From an uncultured delta proteobacterium (GTDB taxonomy: Bacteria; Desulfobacterota; Binatia; UBA9968), in assembly GCA_963745835.1 (NCBI GenBank), contig CAVUZH010000003.1:672001-736000 (forward strand): a DNA stretch of 64,000 nt, written 5' to 3'. Shown here piece by piece: positions 10,532 to 20,796 of this stretch. Position numbers and translations under genes: made by a program. Each line of letters begins with the position of its first letter. Positions within the stretch are counted from its first letter, which is position 1. A model generated the notes under the pieces. It did no database searches. It saw nothing but the letters and a program-made list of their open reading frames with translations, and had not been told where the DNA came from.

Positions 10532-11212
10532 ATGTCAAATGAGCTCGAATCGATCAAAGACAAGCTGGTTATGGTCTGCAAGATTTTGCAGAAGCAAAGA
10601 GTCATCGACGGTTACGGTCATGTCACGGCGCGTCTGGCCGATGGGCGTATATTGAGCACCCCGCATATGCCGCCGGGAAAAGTTGCCGTGCGCGATTTGA
10701 TCATTATCGACGGTCAAGGAAACAAACTCGAAGGCGCCGGCGAACCCAACGGTGAGACGTCGATGCATACTTCTATTTATAAGGCGCGGCCGGATGTCCA
10801 ATCGATTCTCCATTATCATGCCGATGAACTCATCGCGGTGGCGGCCAGCGGACAGGGAATCAAGGTCTTATCCAACGCCGGCGTACACTTTTATCGTGGC
10901 ACGCCGATCTACGATTCGCCGTTGCTAATCCGCAATCATCAATTGGGCGACAAAGTGGCGGCGACACTCGGCGACCGCAGCGCCGTATTACTGCGCGGCC
11001 ATGGCGGTACGGTGGTGGCGAAAAATCTCGATCAGCTGGTGCGCCGCGGGTTAGATCTAGTGCGTTCTGCGAAGCTCCAGATCATGGCGTCGACCCTTGG
11101 GCCGCTCAAGACCCACAGCGACGAGGAATGCGAGCAGATGATCAAAGGGCATGAGGGAGGCGATGCTCAGCGGCGCTTTCTCGACTACTATATTTCAGAG
11201 GTCGTCGATTGA
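10532..11212 (+). CDS. Class II aldolase/adducin family protein
   Basis: GYGHVTAR, ETSMHTSIYKARPDVQSILHYH and LLRGHG motifs. Confidence 0.9.
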   Translation: MSNELESIKDKLVMVCKILQKQRVIDGYGHVTARLADGRILSTPHMPPGKVAVRDLIIIDGQGNKLEGAGEPNGETSMHTSIYKARPDVQSILHYHADELIAVAASGQGIKVLSNAGVHFYRGTPIYDSPLLIRNHQLGDKVAATLGDRSAVLLRGHGGTVVAKNLDQLVRRGLDLVRSAKLQIMASTLGPLKTHSDEECEQMIKGHEGGDAQRRFLDYYISEVVD

Positions 11213-11479
11213 GGGGCTCGAGAGCACTAGCGGCAATCTCTTCGGTCAAGATACCTTGCGGCGCCTCCTACGAGAAGCAGCCGCATATAAAAAACGCGCC
11301 GCGGGTTATATCGCGAAAGTTCGACTGGGCTTGCAGGTTCATCGTTTCCCAGATAACAAAGAATTTTCGCCCCACACTAGCAGCGCGGCAAAAGTACATC
11401 CGCAAGGAGCTGCCGCGCTGAGGTGAAAACTGCACCTGCGTAGATACTGTTTTCAGATTGAGCAGAAGGAGAATCATGC

Positions 11480-13267
11480 ATGAGCGAGTCATCGAAATCA
11501 GATAAGAGCGCTATCAAAAAATCTACCCAGCGCTGGCAATCCGACGTTATCGTTGATCTGATCAAACAATACGATTTCCCTTACATCGCGCTCAATCCGG
11601 GCGCCAGCTACCGCGGCTTACATGATTCGCTGGTCAATTATGGCGAGAACGATCCGGCGATGCTGCTCTGCAATCATGAAAAAATCGCCGTCCAGATCGC
11701 TCACGGCTATGCCAAGGCAACCGGCAAGCCGATGATGGCCATCGTTCACAATGTCGTCGGTCTTCTGCATGCGCCGATGGGAATTTACTACGCCTACATC
11801 GACCGCTGCCCGGTCTTCATCGTCGGCGCCACCGGCCCGATGGATGAGAAACTGCGCCGTCCATTTATCGACTGGATTCACACCGCGTTCGCCCAGGGCG
11901 ATGTCGTGCGCGGATTTACCAAGTGGGACTACCAGCCCGGCAGCATTCATGGCGTGCCGGATTCGTTTGCGCGTGCCTATTCGATCATGATGAGCGAGCC
12001 CCAGGGCCCGGTCTACATGGTGTACGACTCGGCGATGCAGGAAAGCCCAATGAAAGAGGAGATGGCGCTGCCGAAATTCAAAGTAAAAGTGCCATCGCGA
12101 GTCGCTCCCGAGCCGGCTGTGATCGAAGAAGCCGCGGACATGCTCATGGCGGCGGAGAACCCATTACTGCTTACTGAATACGCCGCGCGCATGCCCATCG
12201 GATTCGATTCAACGGTGGAACTGGCGGAAACGCTGGGCGCCTCGGTGTACGACATCAATAAACGCCTCGGCTTTCCCAACCGCCATCCATTGAGCGTGAG
12301 CTTTCATGGCGATGCCTTCAAGGGCGTCGATGTCGTCGCCGCGCTCGATGTCATCGACTGGACGCGCGGCTCGCACAAGCTCAACACCCAGACCCGCGAG
12401 ATCAGCGTAGTGACCGCTCCGGATTGCAAATGGATCGACGTCGGCTTTGCCGATATTGAGATCAGCAAGTGGGCGACCGATTACAACAAGCACCACAACT
12501 GGGATCTTCGGGTGCTCGGCGACAGCGCGCTCTCGCTGCCGGTATTGACGACTGCTTGTCAAAAACGAATTGACGGCAATAAGTCACTGACGACAAAGAT
12601 CGGCGAGCGCAAAAAGGCCATCGCCGAGAGACACGCGCGCCAATGGCAAAAGTGGCAGGAACAGGTCAAGGAGGAGTGGCACGAGCGGCCTATGACCGAA
12701 TCGCGCTTGGCGCATGAGGTGTGGCAAGTGATCCAGAACGAGGACTGGGTGCTCACCGCCAACACCCTCAAGGAGTGGGTCCACAAAGTATGGAACTTCG
12801 ACCGGTCGTATCGCCACGTCGGCCGTGAGCTTGGCACCGGCACTCAGATTGGCATGTCGATCGGTGTTGCTCTGGCGCACAAGGGCTCGGGCAAACTCGT
12901 TATCGATCTGCAACCTGACGGCGACTTGATGTTCGATCTTGGCGCGCTCTGGATGCCGATCAAGTATCAGATTCCAATGCTGATCGTTATGTATAACAAC
13001 CGCGCTTATTACAACGACTGGGCGCATCAGATTCACATGGCGCATCAACGCGGCACGGATCCCGCGCGCGCCTATATCGGCATGGATCTCGAAGGCCCGC
13101 CGCCCGATTTCGCGCACATTGCCAAAGGGATCGGCTGGCACGCCGAGGGTCCCATCGAAGATCCCGCCGAAGTCGGCCCGGCAGTAAAGCGAGCAATCGC
13201 ACAGGTCAAGAGCGGCAAGCCGGCGTTGGTGGATACCGTCGTTTGGCGCCGCGGCGAGAACGCGTAA
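11480..13267 (+). CDS. Thiamine diphosphate-dependent enzyme
   Basis: NPGASYRGLHDSLVN, HEKIAV catalytic Glu, QPDGDLMF...NNRAY ThDP motif. Confidence 0.9.
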   Translation: MSESSKSDKSAIKKSTQRWQSDVIVDLIKQYDFPYIALNPGASYRGLHDSLVNYGENDPAMLLCNHEKIAVQIAHGYAKATGKPMMAIVHNVVGLLHAPMGIYYAYIDRCPVFIVGATGPMDEKLRRPFIDWIHTAFAQGDVVRGFTKWDYQPGSIHGVPDSFARAYSIMMSEPQGPVYMVYDSAMQESPMKEEMALPKFKVKVPSRVAPEPAVIEEAADMLMAAENPLLLTEYAARMPIGFDSTVELAETLGASVYDINKRLGFPNRHPLSVSFHGDAFKGVDVVAALDVIDWTRGSHKLNTQTREISVVTAPDCKWIDVGFADIEISKWATDYNKHHNWDLRVLGDSALSLPVLTTACQKRIDGNKSLTTKIGERKKAIAERHARQWQKWQEQVKEEWHERPMTESRLAHEVWQVIQNEDWVLTANTLKEWVHKVWNFDRSYRHVGRELGTGTQIGMSIGVALAHKGSGKLVIDLQPDGDLMFDLGALWMPIKYQIPMLIVMYNNRAYYNDWAHQIHMAHQRGTDPARAYIGMDLEGPPPDFAHIAKGIGWHAEGPIEDPAEVGPAVKRAIAQVKSGKPALVDTVVWRRGENA

Positions 13268-13279
13268 GAACGAGATCCT

Positions 13280-13359
13280 CACCACGAAGGACAAAATTTG
13301 CACGAAGGGAAGAATTCATAAATAAGAAATTCTTCGTGACCTTCGTGCTCTTTGTGGTG
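13280..13359. repeat. Imperfect intergenic inverted repeat (CACCACGAAG...CTTTGTGGTG)
   Basis: Left arm CACCACGAAGG..CACGAAGG; right arm reverse-complements to CACCACAAAGAGCACGAAGGTCACGAAG; AT-rich centre. Confidence 0.6.
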
Positions 13360-13393
13360 CAAGACAGTTAAACGATTCAAGGAGGAAACTTTC

Positions 13394-15181
13394 ATGGCAA
13401 AGCCTGCTCCGAAAGCAGCGACAGTAAAAAAATCGGACAAACGATGGCAGTCCGACGTTATCGTCGACATGATCAAGCGGTACGATTTCGAGTACATCGC
13501 ACTCAATCCCGGCGCCAGCTACCGCGGCCTGCACGACTCGCTGGTCAATTACGGTGAGAACGACCCGCCGATGCTGCTTTGCCAGCACGAAAAAATCGCC
13601 GTGCAAATCGCCCACGGCTATGCCCGGGTCAAGGGCAAGCCGATGATCGCCATCGCTCACAATTTAGTCGGATTACTGCACACGCCGATGGGTGTTTACT
13701 ATGCCTACCTGGATCGCGCTCCGGTCTTTATCATAGGCGCCACCGGTCCATTGGCGGAGCCCAAGCGTCGACCTTTTATCGATTGGATACACACCGCCAA
13801 TGTTCAAGGAGAAGCGATTCGTAATTTCGTCAAGTGGGACTACCAGCCGAGCACTGTGGATGGCGTGCCGGGCGCATTCGCGCGAGCTTATTCGGTCATG
13901 ATGAGCGCACGACAGGGGCCGGTTTATATGTGTTACGACGCCGGTCTTCAGGAAGCGCAGTTAGATCACGACGTCGAGATGCCGCCGCCGGGAGCGATTG
14001 ACGTGCCTACGGCGCCGTCAGCCGATCCTGGGGCGCTCGAGAAAGCAGCCGATACTTTAGCCGCCGCTAAACGAGTGGCAATTATCGCCGATTTTGCTGC
14101 CCGCCCGCCGCACGGCTGGAATCATATTGTCGAGCTGGCGGAAACATTGGGGGCCTCGGTATGGGATGTGGGCTCCAGGCTTAATTTCCCGAGCAATCAT
14201 CCACTCAATCTCACTATGGATCCTGAAGGTTGCTATAAAGATGTCGACGTTGTTCTAACGCTCGACATCGCCGACTTCGAAAAACCGACTCATACACGTG
14301 ACATTTCGACTCGTACAGTTATCAGCAAGGTCCAGGAGAAGGCGACCTGGATCGATATCGGCTTTACTGACATCGAAATCAGTAAGTGGTCGATGGATTA
14401 CGCTCGCCCGTTCTATGCGCAACAGCGCATGATCGCCGACCCGGTCACCACGGTGCCGCTTCTGACCAAGCTTCTCAAGGCGCGTATCGGCAACACCAAG
14501 GGACTTAATGAAAAGATTGCCAGGCGCAAAGAAGAGATTGGCAAACGTCATGCTGAAAATCGCGCCAAGTGGAGCAAGCAGGCGCAAGAGCATTGGGATG
14601 CCAAGCCCATGACTGTGCCGCGTTTGGCGCTCGAAGTATGGGATGCGATCAAAGGCGAAGACTGGGTTTTGACAACCGGAGATTTGGGCAGCTGGGGGAA
14701 GAAGCTTTGGGATTTTGACCGGCCATATCGTCATGGCGGCCGTGAGCTCGGCACAGGGACGCAAATCGGCCTGTCGCTCGGCGTGGCGCTAGCGAACAAG
14801 GGGACGGGGCGGCTGGTGGTCGATTTGCAACCCGACGGCGATCTGATGTTCGATGCCGGAGCGCTCTGGATCGCGGCCAAATACAAGATTCCCATGCTTA
14901 TCGTCATGTTCAACAATCGCGCCTACTATAACGATTGGAACCATCAAATTGTCATGGCGAAAAACCGCGGCACGGATCCATCGCGGGCGCATATCGGCAT
15001 GGATCTTTATGATCCGGATCCTGACTTTGCTGGTCTCGCGCGTTCAATGGGCTGGTATGCCGAGGGACCGTTTGAAACCGGCGATGATCTGAAGCCCGCT
15101 CTTAAACGGGCCATCGAGCAAGTCAAACTTGGTAAACCCGCACTGATCGATGCCATCTGCGACCGTCGCAATCACGGCTAA
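13394..15181 (+). CDS. Thiamine diphosphate-dependent enzyme (tandem paralog)
   Basis: Same motifs as 11480-13267; AGGAGG RBS before ATG 13394. Confidence 0.9.
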   Translation: MAKPAPKAATVKKSDKRWQSDVIVDMIKRYDFEYIALNPGASYRGLHDSLVNYGENDPPMLLCQHEKIAVQIAHGYARVKGKPMIAIAHNLVGLLHTPMGVYYAYLDRAPVFIIGATGPLAEPKRRPFIDWIHTANVQGEAIRNFVKWDYQPSTVDGVPGAFARAYSVMMSARQGPVYMCYDAGLQEAQLDHDVEMPPPGAIDVPTAPSADPGALEKAADTLAAAKRVAIIADFAARPPHGWNHIVELAETLGASVWDVGSRLNFPSNHPLNLTMDPEGCYKDVDVVLTLDIADFEKPTHTRDISTRTVISKVQEKATWIDIGFTDIEISKWSMDYARPFYAQQRMIADPVTTVPLLTKLLKARIGNTKGLNEKIARRKEEIGKRHAENRAKWSKQAQEHWDAKPMTVPRLALEVWDAIKGEDWVLTTGDLGSWGKKLWDFDRPYRHGGRELGTGTQIGLSLGVALANKGTGRLVVDLQPDGDLMFDAGALWIAAKYKIPMLIVMFNNRAYYNDWNHQIVMAKNRGTDPSRAHIGMDLYDPDPDFAGLARSMGWYAEGPFETGDDLKPALKRAIEQVKLGKPALIDAICDRRNHG

Positions 15182-15194
15182 GCGTTACATCAAA

Positions 15195-15222
15195 TCACCC
15201 GCGCCGATTTTGGCGCGGGTGA
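15195..15222 (+). terminator. Stem-loop, probable terminator
   Basis: TCACCCGCGCC-gatttt-GGCGCGGGTGA, an 11-bp stem just after the stop; no clear U-tract. Confidence 0.55.
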
Positions 15223-15628
15223 GCTATAGATAATGCGAACGGTACTGTATTAAGTTAACGTGTTACATTAGAAAAACGTTAACTGATATGCCGTTGTTAA
15301 GGTAACAGATGAACTCGCCGCTTATCTATTCATCCTAGCAATATGAAACGGCATCATGTCGTAGGTACGGATGTAATACATGAAGTGTTTCTGGTCGCAT
15401 GTGCATCGATCATACCGGCTACGCTACCATCTTATTCTGCCGGTAAACGCGAGTTTTGCTACTTGCGTTGGATCCGATAATTCGGTTGTTACCATCGATC
15501 AGCACAATCAAGCGGCAATCAGCGAATTTGTTGGGGTACTGGCAGAGTGTACTGATCAACCCCCATCCAAGCTGATCCGTCATTGACTCGACCATGTAAA
15601 TCAGATTTCTTAAGGCGCGCCTCTGAGC

Positions 15629-15892
15629 ATGTTGAAGTTGTCGCTCACAGCAATGATCATTGCCGGCGCTCTATTTAAAGCCGCCGGCTTTCTGTTCGTC
15701 TCATTCATGAATCTCGTCTTTCGTCCTTACGGCGGGGCCTACCTCGCGTTATTGACCTCGATCTATCCCGGCTACGATCCAGTCAGCGGGCCGCTAGGAA
15801 TTCTCCTCGGAACTTTCTATTCGCTCATTGCCGGGGCGCTTGCCGGCCTGCTCTTTGGTTGGATTTATAATATCTTTGCGCCAAAGGTCTAA
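15629..15892 (+). CDS. Small membrane protein
   Basis: 87 aa with hydrophobic helices; SIYPGY and GWIYN motifs typical of a small conserved membrane family. Confidence 0.65.
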   Translation: MLKLSLTAMIIAGALFKAAGFLFVSFMNLVFRPYGGAYLALLTSIYPGYDPVSGPLGILLGTFYSLIAGALAGLLFGWIYNIFAPKV

Positions 15893-16215
15893 GTAGCGGT
15901 CCTGAGTAATTGCCAAGAAAGTCTGCAGCGGTGATGGCGCCGAAGTTGTGCGCAACGTTGTTCTCCGTCGAACGGATTCCCTCCATTCGCGCCGGAATTC
16001 ATTCCAGAGTTCGACCGTTCATTGAGAGCAGTAGTGTGAAGCTGTTTCACAAGACTTTGTTTTTTCCCATGCGGTCAATTCCAGCCGCATGGTGTCAAAC
16101 GGCATCAACACGCAATCAGCTGCAATCTCTGGAGATTGATCCTCAATCCATTCGATCTCGGCTCGATCTAACGCATCACTTGGCATTTGCGCACGCGGGG
16201 GTATCTTAATGAGCC

Positions 16216-16893
16216 ATGCACATCTTGGTTGTTGAAGATGAAAGAAAAGTCGCCAGTTTTATCAAGCGGGGACTGGAAGCGGCTAGTTACTCAGTCGATG
16301 TCGAGTACGACGGCGCCACGGGACTGAATCGTCTCCTGGAGCATGACTATGATCTGATTATTCTTGATGTCATGCTTCCGAGGCTCGACGGCCTCACCCT
16401 GATAAACGAAATTCGTCAAAGGCAGATCAGCATTCCGGTCCTTTTGTTGACGGCACGGGTCACCGTGGCGGACAAAGTGGCAGGACTCGATCTCGGCGCC
16501 GACGACTACCTCACCAAACCTTTTGTCTTCGAGGAACTGCTGGCGCGCGTACGTGCGCTGCTGCGGCGCGGCGCTAGTGCGCCGGTCGTGCTGACTGCTG
16601 CGGACCTTCGGCTCGACCCCGCGACGCGCGAGGTGACCCGGGGCGGCAAGCGGATCGATTTGACCCCCAAGGAGTATGCGCTGCTCGAGTTCCTGCTGCG
16701 CCGGCGCGATCAGGTTCTAAGCCGTGCGGTTATCGCTCAACACGTATGGGGCGTCAACTATGATACCTTCACCAACGTGATCGATGTTTATGTGAATTAC
16801 CTGCGCAATAAGATCGACAATGGCTATCAACTTAAATTGATCCATAGCGTGCGCGGCGTCGGCTATGTCTTGAAGGTGGAGTCGTCGGTATGA
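16216..16893 (+). CDS. OmpR/PhoB-family response regulator (CusR/MprA-like)
   Basis: ILVVEDE, LDVMLP, GADDYLTKPF, NVIDVYVNYLR and VRGVGY motifs. Confidence 0.95.
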   Translation: MHILVVEDERKVASFIKRGLEAASYSVDVEYDGATGLNRLLEHDYDLIILDVMLPRLDGLTLINEIRQRQISIPVLLLTARVTVADKVAGLDLGADDYLTKPFVFEELLARVRALLRRGASAPVVLTAADLRLDPATREVTRGGKRIDLTPKEYALLEFLLRRRDQVLSRAVIAQHVWGVNYDTFTNVIDVYVNYLRNKIDNGYQLKLIHSVRGVGYVLKVESSV

Positions 16894-18323
16894 TTGGTCG
16901 CCCTAGCACATTGCGCGGTCGTCTGACGCTTTGGTACACCGCTATTCTCAGTGCGACGCTTGCGTTGCTCGGCGGGACATCGGTGGTCCTGCTCGATCAC
17001 GGGCTGCGAAATAACATCGATGATTCGCTCAACTCGGTCGCGCGATCGATCGCCGAGTCGGTGCGGCGTCCGGCAATTTTCGGCTCCGATATTGACGATT
17101 CGCTGCAAGCGCTGCTTGGACCCGAGTTGGCGCAACGGTTTTTCCAACTGCTGGATCCCTTCGGCCGGCTCGATCCCAGAGTGGCGCCGTCGGGAGAATC
17201 GCGTTTGCCTCTCAGCGCCAAGGCTCATCACAATGCCGAGCGAGGCCAGCCAACCTTGGAAACCGTGGCGATCCGCCCCGGATCCAGCAAGTCATTCCGG
17301 CTCCTGACCATGCCGGTGGTGAGGAATGGCGCTACGGTGAACATTGTTCAGGTGGCGATGTCGCTGGAAAATGTCGATGCCGCCCGTTCTAAATTCCTCC
17401 TCACTCTTTTCATCCTCGCCCCGGTCGCTCTGGCCGCATCCGCACTTGGCGGCTGGTTTCTAGCGCGCCGCGCGCTCACTCCCGTGGATGCAATGGTGGA
17501 CGCAGCCCGCCGGATTGAAGCTGAGGACCTATCCAAACGCCTGCCGACGCTGTCCAGCGATGATGAATTGGGTCGGTTGGCAACGGTCCTCAATGATATG
17601 CTTGCGCGACTCGAGCAGTCGTTCGGCGCCGTACGACGTTTTAGCGCCGATGCCGCCCATGAATTGCGCACGCCCTTGACGATTATCAAGGGCGAGATCG
17701 AGGTCGCTCTCAGATCCACTCAAGATCCAGCGGAAATTCGCCAGGCACTGACAAGTTGCCTCGAAGAAGTGGACCGATTAAACGCGCTCATGGAGGACCT
17801 GCTTTTGATGGCGCGCATGGAAGCAAAGGCGTTGAGCACGCCTGCGCGCCTGGTCAATCTGGCTGACGTGGTGCAAGAGGTCGCTCCGGCATTGACCGAG
17901 TTGGCCAGCCGGGCCGGAAATCATTGCACGGTCCTTGCGACGTCGCCGCTCTGGGTCGAGGGTTACGAGTCGCTGCTTTTCCGGCTGGTTTTCAATCTGG
18001 CTGAGAACGCAATCAAATACACCCCCCGCGGCGGCACCATTGATGTCACCCTCGAGCAGCAGGGCAGCGCGGCTGTTTTGCAGGTCAAAGACAATGGAGT
18101 CGGGATTGCTGCCGAAGCGCAGCAGCATATTTTCGACCGCTTCTATCGTGGCGATCCTTCACGAGAAGGCAGCGGCACCGGGCTTGGATTGGCCCTGGTA
18201 CGCTCCATCGCTGAGCTGCACCATGGCCAAATCAGTCTGTCCAGCACGCCTGGACGGGGCACCTGTTTTCGCGTGATTCTGCCGCTTCGAGCCGCACCTT
18301 TATCTTCGCCGCCCGTAGATTAG
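16890..18323 (+). CDS. Sensor histidine kinase (HAMP, HisKA, HATPase)
   Basis: Two TM segments, HELRTPL, NAIKY, DNGVGI and GTGLGL; ATGA overlap with the regulator gene. Confidence 0.95.
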   Translation: MIGRPSTLRGRLTLWYTAILSATLALLGGTSVVLLDHGLRNNIDDSLNSVARSIAESVRRPAIFGSDIDDSLQALLGPELAQRFFQLLDPFGRLDPRVAPSGESRLPLSAKAHHNAERGQPTLETVAIRPGSSKSFRLLTMPVVRNGATVNIVQVAMSLENVDAARSKFLLTLFILAPVALAASALGGWFLARRALTPVDAMVDAARRIEAEDLSKRLPTLSSDDELGRLATVLNDMLARLEQSFGAVRRFSADAAHELRTPLTIIKGEIEVALRSTQDPAEIRQALTSCLEEVDRLNALMEDLLLMARMEAKALSTPARLVNLADVVQEVAPALTELASRAGNHCTVLATSPLWVEGYESLLFRLVFNLAENAIKYTPRGGTIDVTLEQQGSAAVLQVKDNGVGIAAEAQQHIFDRFYRGDPSREGSGTGLGLALVRSIAELHHGQISLSSTPGRGTCFRVILPLRAAPLSSPPVD

Positions 18324-18327
18324 AAGA

Positions 18328-18360
18328 TTCTAATTCTTTCCTCATTCTCCTCTAATCCTT
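18328..18360 (+). promoter_or_regulatory. Three 11-bp-phased direct repeats, putative OmpR-family binding box upstream of degP
   Basis: CTAAT/CTCAT/CTAAT at 18330, 18341 and 18352. Confidence 0.5.
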
Positions 18361-18425
18361 GCGACTTAAACTACGCTTTGAAAGGTATTAGCGTTTTATC
18401 GTTCACAAAACGAAGGAGGAGAAGA

Positions 18426-19877
18426 ATGATAGCGAAGAGAAATTTTATCGTGGCCAGCTTGGCGGTTGCGCTGGTCGGTGGTGGATTTGCAATCGCCCGA
18501 GAGAGCCAGAACACGACATTGCCGGTCCAAGCGCGTACAGATGACCCGAGTTCTGCGTCGCGCGCTTCTTTGCCGGCGTTTGCCGATCTGGCTGAGCGCG
18601 TCTCGCCGGCAGTGGTCAATATCAAGGTGACTGCGGTTGCGAGGACCAATCTTCCGGATGAGTCTTACGGCGAGAACTTTCCGTTTCCCGGTTATCGCAG
18701 TCCTGTTCCCCAACAACCCCGTGAGTTCAGGCGGCAAGGGAGCGGATCGGGATTCATCATTCGCAAGGATGGGCTGATCCTGACTAACAACCACGTCGTC
18801 GAAAAAGCTCAGGAGATCACGGTGACTTTGAGCGACAAACAGCAGTATAAGGCCAGAATTCTAGGACGAGATCCGAAGACCGACCTGGCGGTTATCAAGA
18901 TCGATCCCAAAGCGGCAATGCCGACCGCGCCTCTCGGCAATTCCGATGAGCTCAGAGTAGGGGATTGGGTGATGGCAATCGGCAACCCGTTCGGTTTGAG
19001 CAACACGGTTACGTCGGGAATCGTCAGCGCCAAGGGAAGAACGATCGGCGCCGGGCCATACGATGATTTTATTCAAACCGATGCATCGATCAATCCCGGC
19101 AACTCCGGCGGTCCTCTTTTCAACATGGCTGGTGAGGTGGTCGGCATCAACACGGCGATTTTCAGCCAGGGAGGCGGCAATATTGGAATAGGCTTCGCCA
19201 TTCCGGTGAATCTGGTGAAGAATTTGGTTCCGGAATTGGAGACCAAGGGAACGGTCACGCGCGGCTGGCTCGGTGTGTCGGTTCAGCCGGTGACGCCGGA
19301 TCTCGCGCGCTCATTCAATTTGGATAAAGAGCAGGGCGCGCTGGTGGGTGATGTGACGGCGCAAGGCCCGGCGGAAAAAGCCGGCATCAAACGCGGTGAC
19401 GTGATCGTCAGTTACGACGGCAAGAAGATCCAGGAGACGGCGAGTTTGCCGGCGCTGGTGGCTGCCACGCCGGTGGGTAAGACCGTTGCGGTCGAGGTCA
19501 TGCGCGATGGCAAAATGCAATCGGTCAATGTCACCATTGCTAAACTCAACGAGCAGACTGCGGCTCTAGAGCCGCAGCAGGAGAAGGGCGAGTGGGGATT
19601 GGCGCTGCAGAACATCCCGCCTGAGCAGCGGCGCACAATGAACCTTCCTGGCAAAGAAGGCGTGCTGGTAACGGCTGTCGTGCCCGGTAGCCCGGCCGCC
19701 AACGCGAACATCCAAGCAGGGGATGTGATCTTGCAGGTCAACCGAGCTCCGGTGGAGTCCGTGCAAGGCATGAAAGATGAAATTGCCAAGAGCAAAGGAG
19801 ACAAGCCGCTGCTGCTATTGCTCCGGCGCGCCGATGGCAGTACGTCTTATGCCGCTTTGTCGCGCAACGTCGGATAG
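18426..19877 (+). CDS. degP: Do/DegQ (HtrA) periplasmic serine endoprotease with two PDZ domains
   Basis: TNNHVV, DLAVIK, GNSGGPL and two PDZ domains; AGGAGG RBS. Confidence 0.92.
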   Translation: MIAKRNFIVASLAVALVGGGFAIARESQNTTLPVQARTDDPSSASRASLPAFADLAERVSPAVVNIKVTAVARTNLPDESYGENFPFPGYRSPVPQQPREFRRQGSGSGFIIRKDGLILTNNHVVEKAQEITVTLSDKQQYKARILGRDPKTDLAVIKIDPKAAMPTAPLGNSDELRVGDWVMAIGNPFGLSNTVTSGIVSAKGRTIGAGPYDDFIQTDASINPGNSGGPLFNMAGEVVGINTAIFSQGGGNIGIGFAIPVNLVKNLVPELETKGTVTRGWLGVSVQPVTPDLARSFNLDKEQGALVGDVTAQGPAEKAGIKRGDVIVSYDGKKIQETASLPALVAATPVGKTVAVEVMRDGKMQSVNVTIAKLNEQTAALEPQQEKGEWGLALQNIPPEQRRTMNLPGKEGVLVTAVVPGSPAANANIQAGDVILQVNRAPVESVQGMKDEIAKSKGDKPLLLLLRRADGSTSYAALSRNVG

Positions 19878-19905
19878 ATGCTGCAGTCCGGTCTTTCCTG
19901 AACAA

Positions 19906-19947
19906 CCAACGGGATAGGGTGGCTCTTCAGCCAGCCTATCCCGTTGG
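19906..19947 (+). terminator. Long stem-loop downstream of degP
   Basis: CCAACGGGATAGGgTGGCT-cttc-AGCCAgCCTATCCCGTTGG. Confidence 0.6.
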
Positions 19948-20112
19948 ATCCCGCCCTCGGCGATCACAGAAAAGTTCCCCCAACCGCGCACTCATCTTGT
20001 CGCTTTTCATTGCGGCGGAAACGAAGCTCGAGAATCGCCGTTGGCAGGCCATCGAAAGATCAATGATCGTGAGAGGCGACAGACGGCTTTCCAAGTGTCT
20101 GGGTGAATTCAC

Positions 20113-20496
20113 ATGGATTTAAAGATTAAGTTACTCGAATTATTCGAGGGATCATACTATCTGATCGTCATCGCCCAGGGAATAATCGACAGTGAAGCAT
20201 TGAAACGGGTGTTTACTGACGTTCAAGAAATCACCCGGCCACTTCTCCATTGCAAGGTGTTCATCGATTTCGAAGAGGCAAGTCTCCAGGTCCGAGCTAC
20301 AGCTCTTCACGCAATTGCCAATCAACTAGAGCTTCATTCGAGAACTAGTGCTACTAAGATGGCCGTCGTTTCCTCGGAGTCCGACCGTTGCGGGCGACTG
20401 CAGCTGCTGCGTGATTCGCTCTGTAGCCGCGGCTTCAGAGTGGCCGTGTTTGATAACACCACGAGTGCCGCCGCTTGGCTCAGCGAAGAGATGTAG
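20113..20496 (+). CDS. Hypothetical protein (small alpha/beta, possibly STAS/SpoIIAA-like)
   Basis: 127-aa ORF ending VAVFDNTTSAAAWL, a pattern seen in STAS/SEC14-like proteins; weak evidence. Confidence 0.5.
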   Translation: MDLKIKLLELFEGSYYLIVIAQGIIDSEALKRVFTDVQEITRPLLHCKVFIDFEEASLQVRATALHAIANQLELHSRTSATKMAVVSSESDRCGRLQLLRDSLCSRGFRVAVFDNTTSAAAWLSEEM

Positions 20497-20796
20497 CGCA
20501 CGCACAGCGTTCCGACAGGCAATCTCTTCGAAAATTTCTCATCCAATGATCATTGCCGGGCTCTGCCAACTCACGGCTTTGTTTGCGCTGCTCTAGAATT
20601 TCCTGGCGGATAATTCCGACGATCAATTCCCAAGTCGTTATGCTCTTTGCCATGAAGATGGCGCGAACTTTCGGATTGACGAGAGGGATAAAATTGAAAT
20701 AAGAGAAACGGATAATCGTAATCGCCTGGGTATCGCATCAACAACTGCGATGGCGGCTCGATTCGTATCAAAACAGGTGTTAAATCCGGAGGAAGA

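Noticed and set aside
12584-13303. Long antisense ORFs (also 30802-31488, 52412-53071 and others)
   Set aside because: Shadow or alternate frames of well-supported GC-rich genes, with no recognisable motifs.
15250-15310. GTTAAC/GTTAC-rich AT patch as an operator array
   Set aside because: Irregular spacing and no clearly associated gene start.
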